Assembly: GCA_965249275.1 (NCBI GenBank)
Contig: CBDFLQ010000005.1
Location: 576,001 to 640,000, forward strand
Origin: Dehalococcoidia bacterium
Lineage (GTDB): Bacteria; Chloroflexota; Dehalococcoidia; Plut-88900
Direction of reading: 5' to 3'
Length of the DNA stretch: 64,000 bases
Each line of letters opens with the position of its first letter. The first letter of the stretch is position 1. Made by a program: the position numbers and the translations under genes. The notes below the pieces were generated by a model, which worked only from the letters and a program-made list of their open reading frames with translations, did no database searches and was not told the DNA's origin. Below are positions 31,060 to 41,458 of the stretch, piece after piece.

Positions 31060-31215
31060 GGTAGCCCGAACCAACCCATAAATCCTACTTATAGGCGAGG
31101 GATGGATTCACGCCCCGGCGCACTTTCAGCCTGCACGCCACAGGCGCATCTGCGGCCTTCGCAGGAATGACGGTTAGCGAGTGGCTACGTTCGGCATTCC
31201 CAAAAGGAGAGTAGA

Positions 31216-32469
31216 CTAGCCGGCGTGGGCCAGAGCGCCGTTGGATGCTATCTTTTGGCCTGTGGCGGGGTCGACCTCCGTGGGGCCGGGGAGGTCAAGC
31301 TCGGCGGCCATCTCCCGGACGGCTGGGATAACCTCTTCCTTCATCAGACGGAGGCTCCGCATCTGCTCCTCGTGGGTCATGGCGCCGTCGCCGTCCCAGA
31401 AGATGACGATGCCGGGCCGCAGAGTTTCCAGGACGTGTCGGATCTTGGGGAGGACGGTCTTGGGGGTGCCTGCGGAGATGCTGTAGTTCTCGATCTGCTC
31501 CTCGTAGGGGACGCTCTCTACACCGCCCCGGTATTTGGTGGCGGCGGTCCGGGTGGGGAGGACGCGCCTTCTAGAGGTCATGCCAGGGAGAGAGGCGAGG
31601 GCTAGGTTGGTTGTGCCCTCGTTGCCGGCGAGGAACGGGTTGCTCGGGCCCTGGACGTACTTGCGGGCGGCCTCCTCGGCGAGTTCTTCGGTCTCGTCGA
31701 CATGGACCTTCCATAGGTAGCCGATGTTCTGGGGCCCCGACTGATAGCCAAGCTCGGCGGCCCGTTCGTGGTAGAGCTGGAAGGCCTGACGGGTCGGCTC
31801 CAGCTTTGTTGCGAGCATGACGTAGGGGAAGCGCTTTTCCGCCGCCCACATCAGGGAGTCCCGGCTCACGACCCCCGGGAGCCAGATGGGGGGATGAGGC
31901 TTCTGGTAGGGCTTGACCCACGGATTGACGTAGCGGTAGTGGTAATGCTTTCCCTCCCAGCGGAAGGGGCCCGAGGTGGTCCATGCCTTGATGATGAACT
32001 CATGGGCCTCCTGGAAGCGCTCCCAGTTGTAGGCGGGGGGGATGTTGTGGGATACCATCTCCCGCCCCGTGCCCCGAACCCATCCGGGGATGAGGCGGCC
32101 GTGGGAGATGAGATCGATCATGGCAAGCTGCTCGACCAGCCAGAGGGGATCATCCCAGAGGGGAAGGATGTTGCCGAGGAGGACGATCTTGGCGTTCTTA
32201 GTGATGCGGGCGAGGATAGCGGCCTCGACGTTGGTGGCGCCGCCCATGCAGAAGGGGGTGGAGTGGTGCTCGTTGAGCATAAGGCCGTCGAAGCCCGCTT
32301 CGTCGGCGTAGATTTTTTCGTCGAGGTAGCGGTTATAGAGGTCTGCGCCGACCTCCGGGTCGTAGATCTCGTTGCTGAGGGTCAGGTCCTTGATGGGCAG
32401 GCCGGTAGCCCCGAAATAGCCGGACTTGGGGTCCTGGTAGGGTCTTTCGGTAAAGTGACCTATGAACAT
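31216..32469 (-). CDS. LLM-class flavin-dependent monooxygenase
   Basis: GFDGLMLNEHH, EQLAMID.IS.GRL..G.VRG, PYQKPHPPIW. Confidence 0.9.
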   Translation of the reverse strand: MFIGHFTERPYQDPKSGYFGATGLPIKDLTLSNEIYDPEVGADLYNRYLDEKIYADEAGFDGLMLNEHHSTPFCMGGATNVEAAILARITKNAKIVLLGNILPLWDDPLWLVEQLAMIDLISHGRLIPGWVRGTGREMVSHNIPPAYNWERFQEAHEFIIKAWTTSGPFRWEGKHYHYRYVNPWVKPYQKPHPPIWLPGVVSRDSLMWAAEKRFPYVMLATKLEPTRQAFQLYHERAAELGYQSGPQNIGYLWKVHVDETEELAEEAARKYVQGPSNPFLAGNEGTTNLALASLPGMTSRRRVLPTRTAATKYRGGVESVPYEEQIENYSISAGTPKTVLPKIRHVLETLRPGIVIFWDGDGAMTHEEQMRSLRLMKEEVIPAVREMAAELDLPGPTEVDPATGQKIASNGALAHAG

Positions 32470-32528
32470 GGCGTCCTCCTGCCCGCTGCGAGGGTCCCGT
32501 GCCGTGGATTATACACGGGGGACCGGGG

Positions 32529-33332
32529 CTAACTGTCTTTGAAGAAGTCCAGGACCAGCTTAAGGAACTCGTCAGGGGCTTCTATCTCGGGGCGGTGGCC
32601 TGAGCCCTCGATAACTACCAGCTCGGAGCCCGGTATGGCCTCTTTGTACGCCTGGCCTGCGCTGACAGGTACTATTGCGTCCTTTGCGCCCCAGACCAGA
32701 AGAGTGGGAATGCTTGCGGCGCGGCCCAGGAGGTGGGGAAGGGCGGGATCGTGCATGTAGGGCCGCCAGCTAAGTCGCACCGACTGCTCTCGGGCGACCT
32801 CCCAGGCCTCGGCAAGCTCGGGGGACGGGGTGTCGGGGCAGACTGTGCGGAACTCTTCCGTGGCGAAGGTGTCGGCGACGGTTAGCTTGATGTAGTCGGA
32901 GGCCGTCTCCATGAACATGTCGAAGATTTCACCCTCCGGGGGTTTGATGCCCGCGGCCCCGACGAGGACCATCTTCTTGAAGTGGTGGGGGCAGAAGGCG
33001 GCTATGGTTGCCGCAAGCCATCCCCCGAGGGACAGGCCGATGACGTTGGCCTCCCGAATCCCCAGGTCGTCGAAGGCCTGAAGGTACCAGTTGGCCATGT
33101 CCCTCATGGTCATTATCCAGTCGAGTCGTGTCGACTTGCCGTATCCGGGGTGGGAGGGGACCGAGACCTCGAAATGCTCAGACAGGGCTTGCTGGTAGCG
33201 GAGCCAGGCGTGCTGTCCCAACTCGTCGTGGAGGATGATGAGGGGAGGGCCCGAGCCGGCCTTGAGGACCTGGAGGTCGGCGCCGGCGACGGGGATGATA
33301 TCTTCGGTGTAGGTGGCTGTGGCTGGAGTCAT
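32529..33332 (-). CDS. Alpha/beta fold hydrolase
   Basis: HPGYG, GLSLGGW, PTLLVWG..D, GH.P. Confidence 0.88.
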   Translation of the reverse strand: MTPATATYTEDIIPVAGADLQVLKAGSGPPLIILHDELGQHAWLRYQQALSEHFEVSVPSHPGYGKSTRLDWIMTMRDMANWYLQAFDDLGIREANVIGLSLGGWLAATIAAFCPHHFKKMVLVGAAGIKPPEGEIFDMFMETASDYIKLTVADTFATEEFRTVCPDTPSPELAEAWEVAREQSVRLSWRPYMHDPALPHLLGRAASIPTLLVWGAKDAIVPVSAGQAYKEAIPGSELVVIEGSGHRPEIEAPDEFLKLVLDFFKDS

Positions 33333-33383
33333 AGGGCCACTATTGAGGAAGAGGGCGGGGTTGTCAAGAGAAAAGAGGGAGGG

Positions 33384-34304
33384 CTAGTCCCACATGCCGG
33401 TCGAGAAGTATCTTTCGCCGATGTCATTGAAGATGGTGACGATCCGGCCTTGCTTCTCACGCTGGGCCACCTGGCAGGCGCCCTGAAGATAGGCCCCCGA
33501 GGACTGACCCACGAATATACCCCTGGAGGCCAAGAGCCGAGACATGTCGTGGGCGGCGTCTACATCAATCTCGATACGCTCGTCGATGATGGTCTCGTCG
33601 AGGATCTCCGGCACTATGGCCCCTTCGCCGAGGGGCTTCAGGCCCTCTACGCCCCGCCAGTCTCCGGGGACTATGCAGATGACCTTTATGGCCGGATTAT
33701 CCTTTTTGAGCCGCCTGCCGACGCCCGTTATGGTGCCTCCCGTTCCCACGCCCGCTACGAAGTGGGTGATACCGGGGGCCTGGGCCATTATCTCTTCTGC
33801 GGTGCTTTCATAGTGGGCACGCCAGTTGTTGTCGTTCTTGTACTGGTCGCAGAAGAAATAGGCGTCGGGGTTTTCGTCGAAGCGACGGCGGACTTCACGT
33901 AGGCTTTCGTCGTAGCCGAGAAGGGAGTCGGTGAGCACGATGTCGGCGCCATGGGCACGGATGCGCTTCTTACGCTCCTCACTGGCGTTGGCAGGCATTA
34001 CCAGCTGGACTTTGCACCCGAGGATCGCGCCGATCATGGCGTAGGCGATGCCGGCGTTGCCGGAGGTCGAGTCCAGGACCACCTTGTCCCGGGTCAGTTG
34101 GCCGGACATCATGGCCTCAATGAGCATCCTGAGGACGGGCCGGTCTTTTATGGACCCGCCAGGGTTTAGCTGCTCGTATTTGGCCAGGATCTCGGCGCTG
34201 CCGAAGTCTAGCGGAAGGTCCAGTTTGACCATCGGCGTATTGCCGATGGCCTGGAGGGTTGGGTAAGCGGCGAGGAAATCCTGGAAGGCTTTGGGCTGGG
34301 GCAA
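33384..34304 (-). CDS. PLP-dependent cysteine synthase family protein (CysM/CysK-like)
   Basis: IGNTP, NPGGSIKDR, STSGNAG, GVGTGGT, GQSSGA, ERYFST. Confidence 0.9.
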   Translation of the reverse strand: MPQPKAFQDFLAAYPTLQAIGNTPMVKLDLPLDFGSAEILAKYEQLNPGGSIKDRPVLRMLIEAMMSGQLTRDKVVLDSTSGNAGIAYAMIGAILGCKVQLVMPANASEERKKRIRAHGADIVLTDSLLGYDESLREVRRRFDENPDAYFFCDQYKNDNNWRAHYESTAEEIMAQAPGITHFVAGVGTGGTITGVGRRLKKDNPAIKVICIVPGDWRGVEGLKPLGEGAIVPEILDETIIDERIEIDVDAAHDMSRLLASRGIFVGQSSGAYLQGACQVAQREKQGRIVTIFNDIGERYFSTGMWD

Positions 34305-34397
34305 AAGGCCACCTCATTCGGGTTAAGAGTTTACCACCTATTTTACATCGGTAGTGAGAGAGAGCCCCATAGCCTCATGAATTGGATGAGCACAAGA

Positions 34398-34426
34398 AAG
34401 CCCCGACACTCGATGCCGGGGCTTTC
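34398..34426. terminator. Intrinsic terminator after TPR gene
   Basis: aaagccccg...cggggcttt hairpin. Confidence 0.6.
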
Positions 34427-34476
34427 TAAAGGTCAAACTACAGAGGAGGAGAGATGTGGAGGAAGGTGTAGACGGA

Positions 34477-35358
34477 CTACTCCTCGTCTTCCTCTTCATC
34501 CAGAGAGTCTTTTTGATCGTCTAAGATACGGATGCCGTGGGGAACAGTGGCGTCCAGGGGGTCTTCGTCGGGCCCCTCGTAGTCCTTGTTCCAGGCCTGA
34601 TGGCTCTCCAGATCGTCGTCGTCCTTCTGCCAATCCGGTGAGGCCTCTGACTCATGAAGCAGCCCGGCCCTGCTCTTGAAATAAGGCCGGAAGCCGTCCG
34701 CCGACTTCGAAGGGAAGGACCTCTTACCCACCTGGTCCGGGGCCACGAGGGTTTCCCGGAGCATCACCTTCACATGGCCTTCTCTTGCGCTGGTTATGGC
34801 CCCCTGATACTTGTTGCCCCCCCTGACCAGTTCCGACAACCGGAAGGCAAGCTTCGGCTCCACCTGCCCGATATAGTCACCGTTAAGGGTATCCACGGAT
34901 AGCTTCCCGTCCTGAATCCGCAGCTCGACCGATTGCCCGCTCACGAGCCGTTTCAGCGTCTCGGGGTCGCCCAGTTTTACGAGGTCCGTCACGCTGGACT
35001 TGCCCGTATCTTCAATGAACTGCTGAGGGGACATCTCCGCCGTGACAGCCTGGCACACCGGTCCATCCTCCGACAGGCCCTCCAGCTTTTCGAGGTTCTT
35101 GCGGGCGATGCCATTGGCCGGGTCGAGTCTAAGGGTCTCGGCGAAAGCGTCCCGGGCCCCGGAATAGCGGCCGAGTTGTACCAGGGCCTTGGCCATCCGG
35201 TTCCACGCGGCACAGTCGGCAGGATCGCGTTCGAGGATCTGGCGGTTCAGGTCAAGGGCGTCGGTCCATCGGCCCTTGGTAGCCATTTCTATGGCGCTAC
35301 GTGCCAGGGCGGCGGGGCCGGTGCGGGCGATTAGGGTATTACCAGATGTTGTTCGCAT
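34477..35358 (-). CDS. Tetratricopeptide repeat protein with acidic tail
   Basis: AWNRMAKALVQLGRY..A...L.LDP.N.IA; FIE..GK; GGN.Y. Confidence 0.8.
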   Translation of the reverse strand: MRTTSGNTLIARTGPAALARSAIEMATKGRWTDALDLNRQILERDPADCAAWNRMAKALVQLGRYSGARDAFAETLRLDPANGIARKNLEKLEGLSEDGPVCQAVTAEMSPQQFIEDTGKSSVTDLVKLGDPETLKRLVSGQSVELRIQDGKLSVDTLNGDYIGQVEPKLAFRLSELVRGGNKYQGAITSAREGHVKVMLRETLVAPDQVGKRSFPSKSADGFRPYFKSRAGLLHESEASPDWQKDDDDLESHQAWNKDYEGPDEDPLDATVPHGIRILDDQKDSLDEEEDEE

Positions 35359-35439
35359 GGTTATCCAGTGTGGGAATCAAGATTTGTGAACCGGGGACTC
35401 GGGAACCGGGCATCCGGCGCTGAGCGCCGGGCAGGAATT

Positions 35440-35835
35440 CTACGGAACCAAATTCCGGTGCTCTACGAGCATGCAGCGATCCATTACGACTCCCAGACCC
35501 GCCTCCCGGGCCTTAGCGGCAGCATCTTCGTTAACAATGCCAAGCTGCATCCACACGGCCTTAGCGCCAATGTCGATGGCTTGATCGACAACGGGGGGCA
35601 CATCATCCGACCTGCGGAAGATGTCAACTACGTCGACCTTCTCGGGGATGGAAGCGAGGTCGGGGTAAGACTTTTCGCCGAGGATGGTGTCGGCCCTGGG
35701 ATTGACGGGCACGATGCGATATCCCTGGTCCTGCAGGTATTTTGCCACTTCGTGGCTATCCCTCTCCGGCTTGGGAGAGAGGCCCACAACGGCTATGACT
35801 TTGCTCTTTTCGAGTATGTCTCGAACGGTATTCAT
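35440..35835 (-). CDS. CoA-binding protein (YccU-like)
   Basis: IAVVGLS..P.R.S..V..YL, PVNP, VD.VDIFR, VWMQLG, VMDRC. Confidence 0.92.
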   Translation of the reverse strand: MNTVRDILEKSKVIAVVGLSPKPERDSHEVAKYLQDQGYRIVPVNPRADTILGEKSYPDLASIPEKVDVVDIFRRSDDVPPVVDQAIDIGAKAVWMQLGIVNEDAAAKAREAGLGVVMDRCMLVEHRNLVP

Positions 35836-36055
35836 GAGGGTTCACTCAAGGTAGGGGCAATTTTGCAAACAAATTCCAGACAGCGCAAGGGGTTTTTGGC
35901 GCAACTTTTTGGAATTCTTTCCACATCCCACTCCATACCACGGGGAATAGGCTATGGACGATTGCTCTCGCCGACCGGCCATAACCTAGCTTCTAAGAGG
36001 GGATTGGAGGGATGGAATGCGGCTCCAGGGCTGGATTGATGGAGCGATCAGGTTG

Positions 36056-36793
36056 TCACCGGGTGCGATAGCGTCCGCGGAGAGCATTTAATCTAATTGC
36101 CGTCAGGTCGGAGAGCATGTGGAGAGTGTCCCTGATTGGACGCACCTTGCTGCCGATACGGTAATGCCAGTCTATGGGGACTTCCACTACCGGGATACCG
36201 GTGCGTCGGGCTAAGTAGAGCACTTCTACGTCGGATCCGAAACCGTCCAGCAGTTGCACATTGAACAGAGTGTGGGCCCGAGTCCCGGCGAAGCACTTAA
36301 AGCCGCATTGGGTGTCAGTGAAACCGGCGCCTCCCAGCCTGACGAGAAGATTGAAGGCTTTGCCCATTAGCTTACGCAAGGGTGGCTCGCCGAGTCTGCG
36401 GGCCCCGGGGGCCGACCGTGAGCCGATGGCTATGCCGGGTCCGATGAATTCGGGAGGGAGGAAGCGCGACAGCTGCTCTATTGGCATGGATAGGTCGGCG
36501 TCGCATTGAAAGCGATACTCTCCGGCGGCGGCCTGTATCCCCACACGGACGGCGTGGCCCTTGCCGCGATGAGGCTGAGATATCAGGCGAACACCCTGGA
36601 TTCGGGAGGAAGCGTCCGTCACGAGGCGTGCGGTGGAGTCGGAGCTGCCATCGTCAACGACGATCACCTCCCAGGAGTAGGTCTGCCGGGCCAGCCAGGT
36701 TGTGATTTTAGAGAGGGAGCCACCGATCCGGGCCTCTTCGTTGAAGGCCGGGACGATGACGGAGAGGAGAGGGACGCTTTCAGGGAAGGCTAT
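36056..36793 (-). CDS. GT2 glycosyltransferase (dolichyl-phosphate glucosyltransferase-like); probable ATA start
   Basis: Frame extends above the listed start through [13 protein letters not shown]; VDDGSSD, GKGHAV, DADLS, DTQCGFK. Confidence 0.85.
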   Translation of the reverse strand: MAFPESVPLLSVIVPAFNEEARIGGSLSKITTWLARQTYSWEVIVVDDGSSDSTARLVTDASSRIQGVRLISQPHRGKGHAVRVGIQAAAGEYRFQCDADLSMPIEQLSRFLPPEFIGPGIAIGSRSAPGARRLGEPPLRKLMGKAFNLLVRLGGAGFTDTQCGFKCFAGTRAHTLFNVQLLDGFGSDVEVLYLARRTGIPVVEVPIDWHYRIGSKVRPIRDTLHMLSDLTAIRLNALRGRYRTR

Positions 36794-38013
36794 AGCTCCG
36801 CCCCTTCCACGTAGAAGGCGTCGTAGAGGACTTGGACGGCCTTCGTGACGTTGGCTCGGTCGACAATGCAGGTGATACGGATTTCGGAGGTGGTGATCAT
36901 CTGGATGTTTATTCCGGCCCGATGGAGGGCGGTAAACATCCGGGCGGCATAGCCGGGCGCGTCCTGCATTCCGTTGCCGACGATACTTACCTTGCCCAGT
37001 TCAGCGTTGGCGACGATACCCTGTCCCCCGAGCTTCTCAGCGACGGGGCGGACGATCTCCTGGGATGCGGCGAGGTCTCGCCGCGAAACGGTGAAGGTGA
37101 GGTCGGTGATGTTGTCCGCACCGGCGTTCTGGACAATGGTGTCGACACTGATGCCGGCGCGGGCGAGGGGCTCGAATAGGGAGGCGGCGATGCCGGGACG
37201 GTCGGGTATGCCCATGACCGTGATCTTTGCAGTGTCGAGGTCATGGGCTATTCCGCTCAGTCTGTTTCTTGATTCCATGGGCTCGCCTCCGTGGATCAGT
37301 GTGCCCTGCTCGCTGCTGAAGCTGGAAGCGACCAGGATAGGTATGCCGTAGAATGCCCCGAGCTCCACCGACCGGGGGTGGAGCACGCCGGCGCCGTAGC
37401 TAGCCAGCTCGAGCATCTCCTCGAAGCTAAGGTCCACCAGTTTGTGGGCGCTTGGGACGACGCGCGGGTCGGCGGTGAAGACGCCGGGTACGTCGGTGTA
37501 TATTTCGCAGCGCTCGGCCTTGAGGGCGGCTGCGAGGGCGACGGCGGTGGTGTCGGAGCCGCCGCGGCCGAGGGTGGTAGTCTCCATGTCGGTAGTCATG
37601 CCCTGAAAACCGGCGACGATGACGATATTGCCCTTCTCCAACTCGCCGAGGACCCGGCGGGTCTCCACCTGCTCAATGCGGGCGCGGCTGTGGGAAGCGT
37701 CGGTCTGGATGCCGGCCTGGGCGCCGCTGAGGCTGATGGCCTTGGCCCCGAGCTCCCGGAGGGCCATGGCAAGAAGGGTGCAAGATACGATCTCGCCGGT
37801 GGACAGGAGGAAGTCGAGCTCACGGGGGCTGGGCTCGGGGGCGATCTCGTGAGCGAGCTCTATGAGCCGGTCGGTGGTGTTGCCCATAGCCGACACCACG
37901 GATACGACTTGATTGCCGGCATCGGCGGCGGCGGCGATGCGCTTGGCGACGTTGATGATACGGGTGGAGTCGGCGACGGATGTGCCACCGTATTTCTGTA
38001 CCAGGAGGGCCAT
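36790..38013 (-). CDS. lysC: Aspartate kinase
   Basis: [35 protein letters not shown], two ACT domains. Confidence 0.96.
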   Translation of the reverse strand: MALLVQKYGGTSVADSTRIINVAKRIAAAADAGNQVVSVVSAMGNTTDRLIELAHEIAPEPSPRELDFLLSTGEIVSCTLLAMALRELGAKAISLSGAQAGIQTDASHSRARIEQVETRRVLGELEKGNIVIVAGFQGMTTDMETTTLGRGGSDTTAVALAAALKAERCEIYTDVPGVFTADPRVVPSAHKLVDLSFEEMLELASYGAGVLHPRSVELGAFYGIPILVASSFSSEQGTLIHGGEPMESRNRLSGIAHDLDTAKITVMGIPDRPGIAASLFEPLARAGISVDTIVQNAGADNITDLTFTVSRRDLAASQEIVRPVAEKLGGQGIVANAELGKVSIVGNGMQDAPGYAARMFTALHRAGINIQMITTSEIRITCIVDRANVTKAVQVLYDAFYVEGAEL

Positions 38014-38016
38014 GGC

Positions 38017-38940
38017 CTAGGCCTCTCCTTCGGGCACTACGGAAACTCCGGCGGCGGATGGCCGGGTGATGCGAGTGGATGCGCTTACGCCCTGGCGAAC
38101 GGCCTCCTGAAGCATAGCCTCGGCGATGGTGTCCGGTCGGGATTCTGCGAGGGCCAGGATGGTGGAGCCGCTGCCAGACAAGAAAACGCCACGGGCCCCG
38201 GCCTCCATCGCGGCGTCGAAGATGCCGGTCATGGGTGGGAACAGAGGAGCCCGGTAGGGCTGGTGGAGCACGTCCTGGGTGGCGAGGGCGAGGTATTTCG
38301 CGTCGCCGCGGCTGAGGGCAAGGGCCAGCAGAGCGGCGCGTCCGATATTGTGGACCGCGTCCTGCATGGGTATTTGCTTGGGCATGACGGCGCGGGCCTT
38401 GTCGGTGGGGATTTCAACGTCGGGGACCAGGAGGACGGCGCTAAGGCCTTCGTCGACGGGACAGGGAACGGATATGAGCCGGTCACCTTGCCGTATGACG
38501 ATTTGACAGCCGCCGAAAAGGGCGGGGGCAACGTTGTCGGGATGGCCCTCTATGGCGTCGGCGAGACGGAGCAGCTCTTCCAAGGGCAGCGGCCCGCCGA
38601 GGAGCAGATTGGCGGCGACCATGCCTCCGGCGATAGCTGCGGCGCTACTGCCGAGTCCCCTGCGCAGGGGAATTTCGTTGTGGCAGGCGACGGCCAAGGG
38701 CGGGAGTTCGGCGTCGGCTGCGTTGTAGACGGCCGCCACGCCTCGATACACCATGTTATCGGGGCCCGTACTCAACTCCACGGCGCCGTTGCCGCTAATA
38801 CGGATGGAGAATTGGTCCGACCGTTCGATGGATATGGTGTTGAAGACTTCCAGGGCCATGCCCAGGGAGTCGAACCCCGGGCCCATGTTAGCCGTGGTGG
38901 CAGGGGCCCGGACCGTTATCTTGTTCAGTGACGCACCCAT
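38017..38940 (-). CDS. thrB: Homoserine kinase
   Basis: PATTANMGPGFD, IP..RGLGSS, EGHPDN.AP, SGSGST. Confidence 0.95.
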   Translation of the reverse strand: MGASLNKITVRAPATTANMGPGFDSLGMALEVFNTISIERSDQFSIRISGNGAVELSTGPDNMVYRGVAAVYNAADAELPPLAVACHNEIPLRRGLGSSAAAIAGGMVAANLLLGGPLPLEELLRLADAIEGHPDNVAPALFGGCQIVIRQGDRLISVPCPVDEGLSAVLLVPDVEIPTDKARAVMPKQIPMQDAVHNIGRAALLALALSRGDAKYLALATQDVLHQPYRAPLFPPMTGIFDAAMEAGARGVFLSGSGSTILALAESRPDTIAEAMLQEAVRQGVSASTRITRPSAAGVSVVPEGEA

Positions 38941-39083
38941 TTCAGTGGGGTATTTTAACCCATCCCCTGTGCCGTGGAAGAGGAGACATGTAGTTGATAG
39001 TGCGGATACTGTGGCATGTGCTTTACTCAAGCTGGGGGCAGAGGCATTTGATCCCGTTCACATAGAGGGGTGACATAACCCTC

Positions 39084-39112
39084 TTGACATTATAAGACGT
39101 ATGTTCTATTAT
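39084..39112 (+). promoter_or_regulatory. Near-consensus sigma70 promoter with possible degenerate LexA box
   Basis: TTGACA-17-TATTAT; aagac-gtat-gttct in the spacer; AAGGAGG at 39142-39148. Confidence 0.5.
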
Positions 39113-39842
39113 TGGGCCAGTCTAGACCCGATACCCACCTTAAGGAGGAACTAAAAACTAGGGAAGCCCACCTGGCCCACCCGAGGACTCAACGTCCAAG
39201 CCCATCCCAAAGGACGGCCCACACGCCGCCCCACGGCACAAGCGAACGCCGCCATCTCCTCATCCCCACCGGGTCCCGTGCCCCCTTCCCTGACCACAAG
39301 GCGATGGAAGACGCCCTGGACCGTACTTGAAAGTCTCCTCACGGAGCAACCTTGTCCTATGGAGCGGAACGGGGCAGCCCGTAGCCGAGGACCGCTCGGC
39401 TCTCCGTCCGCTTCCTCAAATAAAACTGGACTGCCCGCCACTCCCGGCTCCTGGATACAGGCGGCGAACCGGATACCCCGTACTCCTGCGAGGGGAACTG
39501 ACCCTGGACTTTCCCCTTCCTGCATGTCTCGCAGCGCAGCCAACCCTTATTGGAGCCTATGACGGATGACGGACCCGTACGTCCGACCATACTTCCAGGT
39601 CTAGGCGGCGGCGGAGCCCCGTCCCCACGTTCCTGGGACGCCTCCAAGCCCGCATTATCTAAAAATAGGGAGCCGAATCCAGCAAGCGTCTTCCATCGTC
39701 AACCCAAAACCCAACAGACAGAACGCAAACCCAAACCCCACAACTGAAGAAAAGGCCGGTGTGTCACTAACCTACCGAACGAGTACAGCATTTGGACGGA
39801 AGCCACTAGACCGGTATAATGGCCCAGTATCCTCCCTTAGCT

Positions 39843-39919
39843 CGGGGCGTGGCGCAGTCCGGTAGCGCGCATCGTTCGGGACGATGAGGTCCCGGGTTCG
39901 AATCCCGGCGCCCCGACCA
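39843..39919 (+). tRNA. tRNA-Pro(CGG)
   Basis: cggggcg/cgccccg acceptor stem, ttCGGga loop, GTTCGAATC, CCA; TATAAT at 39815-39820. Confidence 0.97.
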
Positions 39920-39976
39920 TCCAACTCCTCCCTGTTCCCGGTGGCAGATCCTTTTGGTGCGAAAGGACGAGAGTCG

Positions 39977-41371
39977 ATGGACGAGCTGTTTTATTGGTCC
40001 GCCCAGGCCATGGCCGATGCATTGCATAGGCGAGAGGTCTCGTCTAAAGAGCTGACCGAGGCCCACCTCGCCCGCATAGACGAGGTGAACCCCCTGCTCA
40101 ACGCCGTGGTGCTGGTAGATGCGGAGGGGGCGTTGGCAACGGCTGATGAGCGTGACCGGGAGTCGGCGCGAGGCGAGAGCAGGGGCCCTCTGCATGGCCT
40201 GCCCATCACCATCAAAGACTCGCTGGACACGGTTGGGCTGGTCACGGCGGCCGGGACGGAGGGCAGGTCTGGATTCGTGCCTGATGAGGACGCTACTGTG
40301 GTTGCTCGGCTGAAGGGCACCGGGGCGGTGCTCCTTGGCAAGAGTAACACCCCGGAGATGACCATGATGTGGGAAACCTACAACATGGTCTACGGGCGCA
40401 CGAACAACCCCTACGACCTGTCGAGAAGCCCCAGCGGGAGCAGTGGAGGAGCGGCGGCCATAATCGCAGCGGGGGGATCGCCCCTGGACATGGGCACGGA
40501 CAGCGCGGGCAGCATCCGGATGCCCGCCCACTACTGTGGCATCGCCGGGTTGAAGCCGACCCAGGGGCGGGTGTCCCGGGCAGGTCACGTTCCGCCGCAT
40601 GGGACGGGGGCCGTAGGGCCGCTGAACCAGGTCGGTCCCATGGCACGGTACGTCGACGACCTGTGGCTTGCTCTGCCGGTGATATCGGGAGTCGATGGAC
40701 GAGACCCGGCAATAGTACCGATGCCGCTAAGTGGACCCGACTCAGTGTCGCTGCACGGAATGCGATGCGTGTACTTCACGGGGATCGGAGACGTGCAGCC
40801 GGACAAGGCGACGACGAAATCCGTGGAAAACGCGGCGGCTGTCCTAAGGGAGTCGGGGGTGGACGTTCGAGAGGGTGTGGTCCCGGGCATGGCGAAAGTG
40901 AACGCCCTGTGCGACCGCCTTAGCTCCGCCGACGGTTACTCGTGGCTGCGCCGTCAGCTTGATGCGGCGGGGACGGTGAACGTGGACCCGGTGCTGGTGG
41001 AGCGCATGGGGAAGGCCAAGCCGATTTCTTCGGCGGAGTTGATGGCCTTGCTGGAGGAGATGGACCAGGTCCGGGGAGAAATGCTCGCCTTCATGGATGA
41101 CTATGACCTGGTACTTTCGCCGACGGGCTCCGCTCCGGCCCTGCCTCACGGCGAGGCCAACAGAGATGATTACCCGGACGCCGTCTACACCAGGCCTTAC
41201 AACCTGACGGGATGGCCGGGCTGCGTGGTAAGAGCAGGGGCCTCGCCGGAGGGACTGCCCATCGGGGTGCAGTTGGGTGCGTTGCCTTGGCGCGAGGACA
41301 TCGTTCTGGCTGCCGCAGGGGCCATAGAGTCCGGGCTTGGGGGCTGGCAGCCTCCGGCGCTGCCCCTCTGA
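39977..41371 (+). CDS. Amidase signature family protein
   Basis: GPLHGLPITIKD, GKSNTPE, GSSGG, GTDSAGSIR.PA. Confidence 0.93.
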   Translation: MDELFYWSAQAMADALHRREVSSKELTEAHLARIDEVNPLLNAVVLVDAEGALATADERDRESARGESRGPLHGLPITIKDSLDTVGLVTAAGTEGRSGFVPDEDATVVARLKGTGAVLLGKSNTPEMTMMWETYNMVYGRTNNPYDLSRSPSGSSGGAAAIIAAGGSPLDMGTDSAGSIRMPAHYCGIAGLKPTQGRVSRAGHVPPHGTGAVGPLNQVGPMARYVDDLWLALPVISGVDGRDPAIVPMPLSGPDSVSLHGMRCVYFTGIGDVQPDKATTKSVENAAAVLRESGVDVREGVVPGMAKVNALCDRLSSADGYSWLRRQLDAAGTVNVDPVLVERMGKAKPISSAELMALLEEMDQVRGEMLAFMDDYDLVLSPTGSAPALPHGEANRDDYPDAVYTRPYNLTGWPGCVVRAGASPEGLPIGVQLGALPWREDIVLAAAGAIESGLGGWQPPALPL

Positions 41372-41458
41372 ATCGCATTTGGGAATCGGGTACTATTCGT
41401 TAACGCGGGTTTCGGGAGGGGCATAGACCTCATCCAGTTCTGTAGAAGGGGGTTTGAC

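Noticed and set aside
37291-38931. 546-aa plus-strand ORF and similar long antisense ORFs (22088, 49964, 52756)
   Set aside because: Shadow frames opposite well-conserved genes in high-GC DNA; no recognisable motifs
39884-39976. ORF-track N-terminal extension of the amidase
   Set aside because: Overlaps tRNA-Pro; the ATG at 39977 has an RBS-like site and fits the family start
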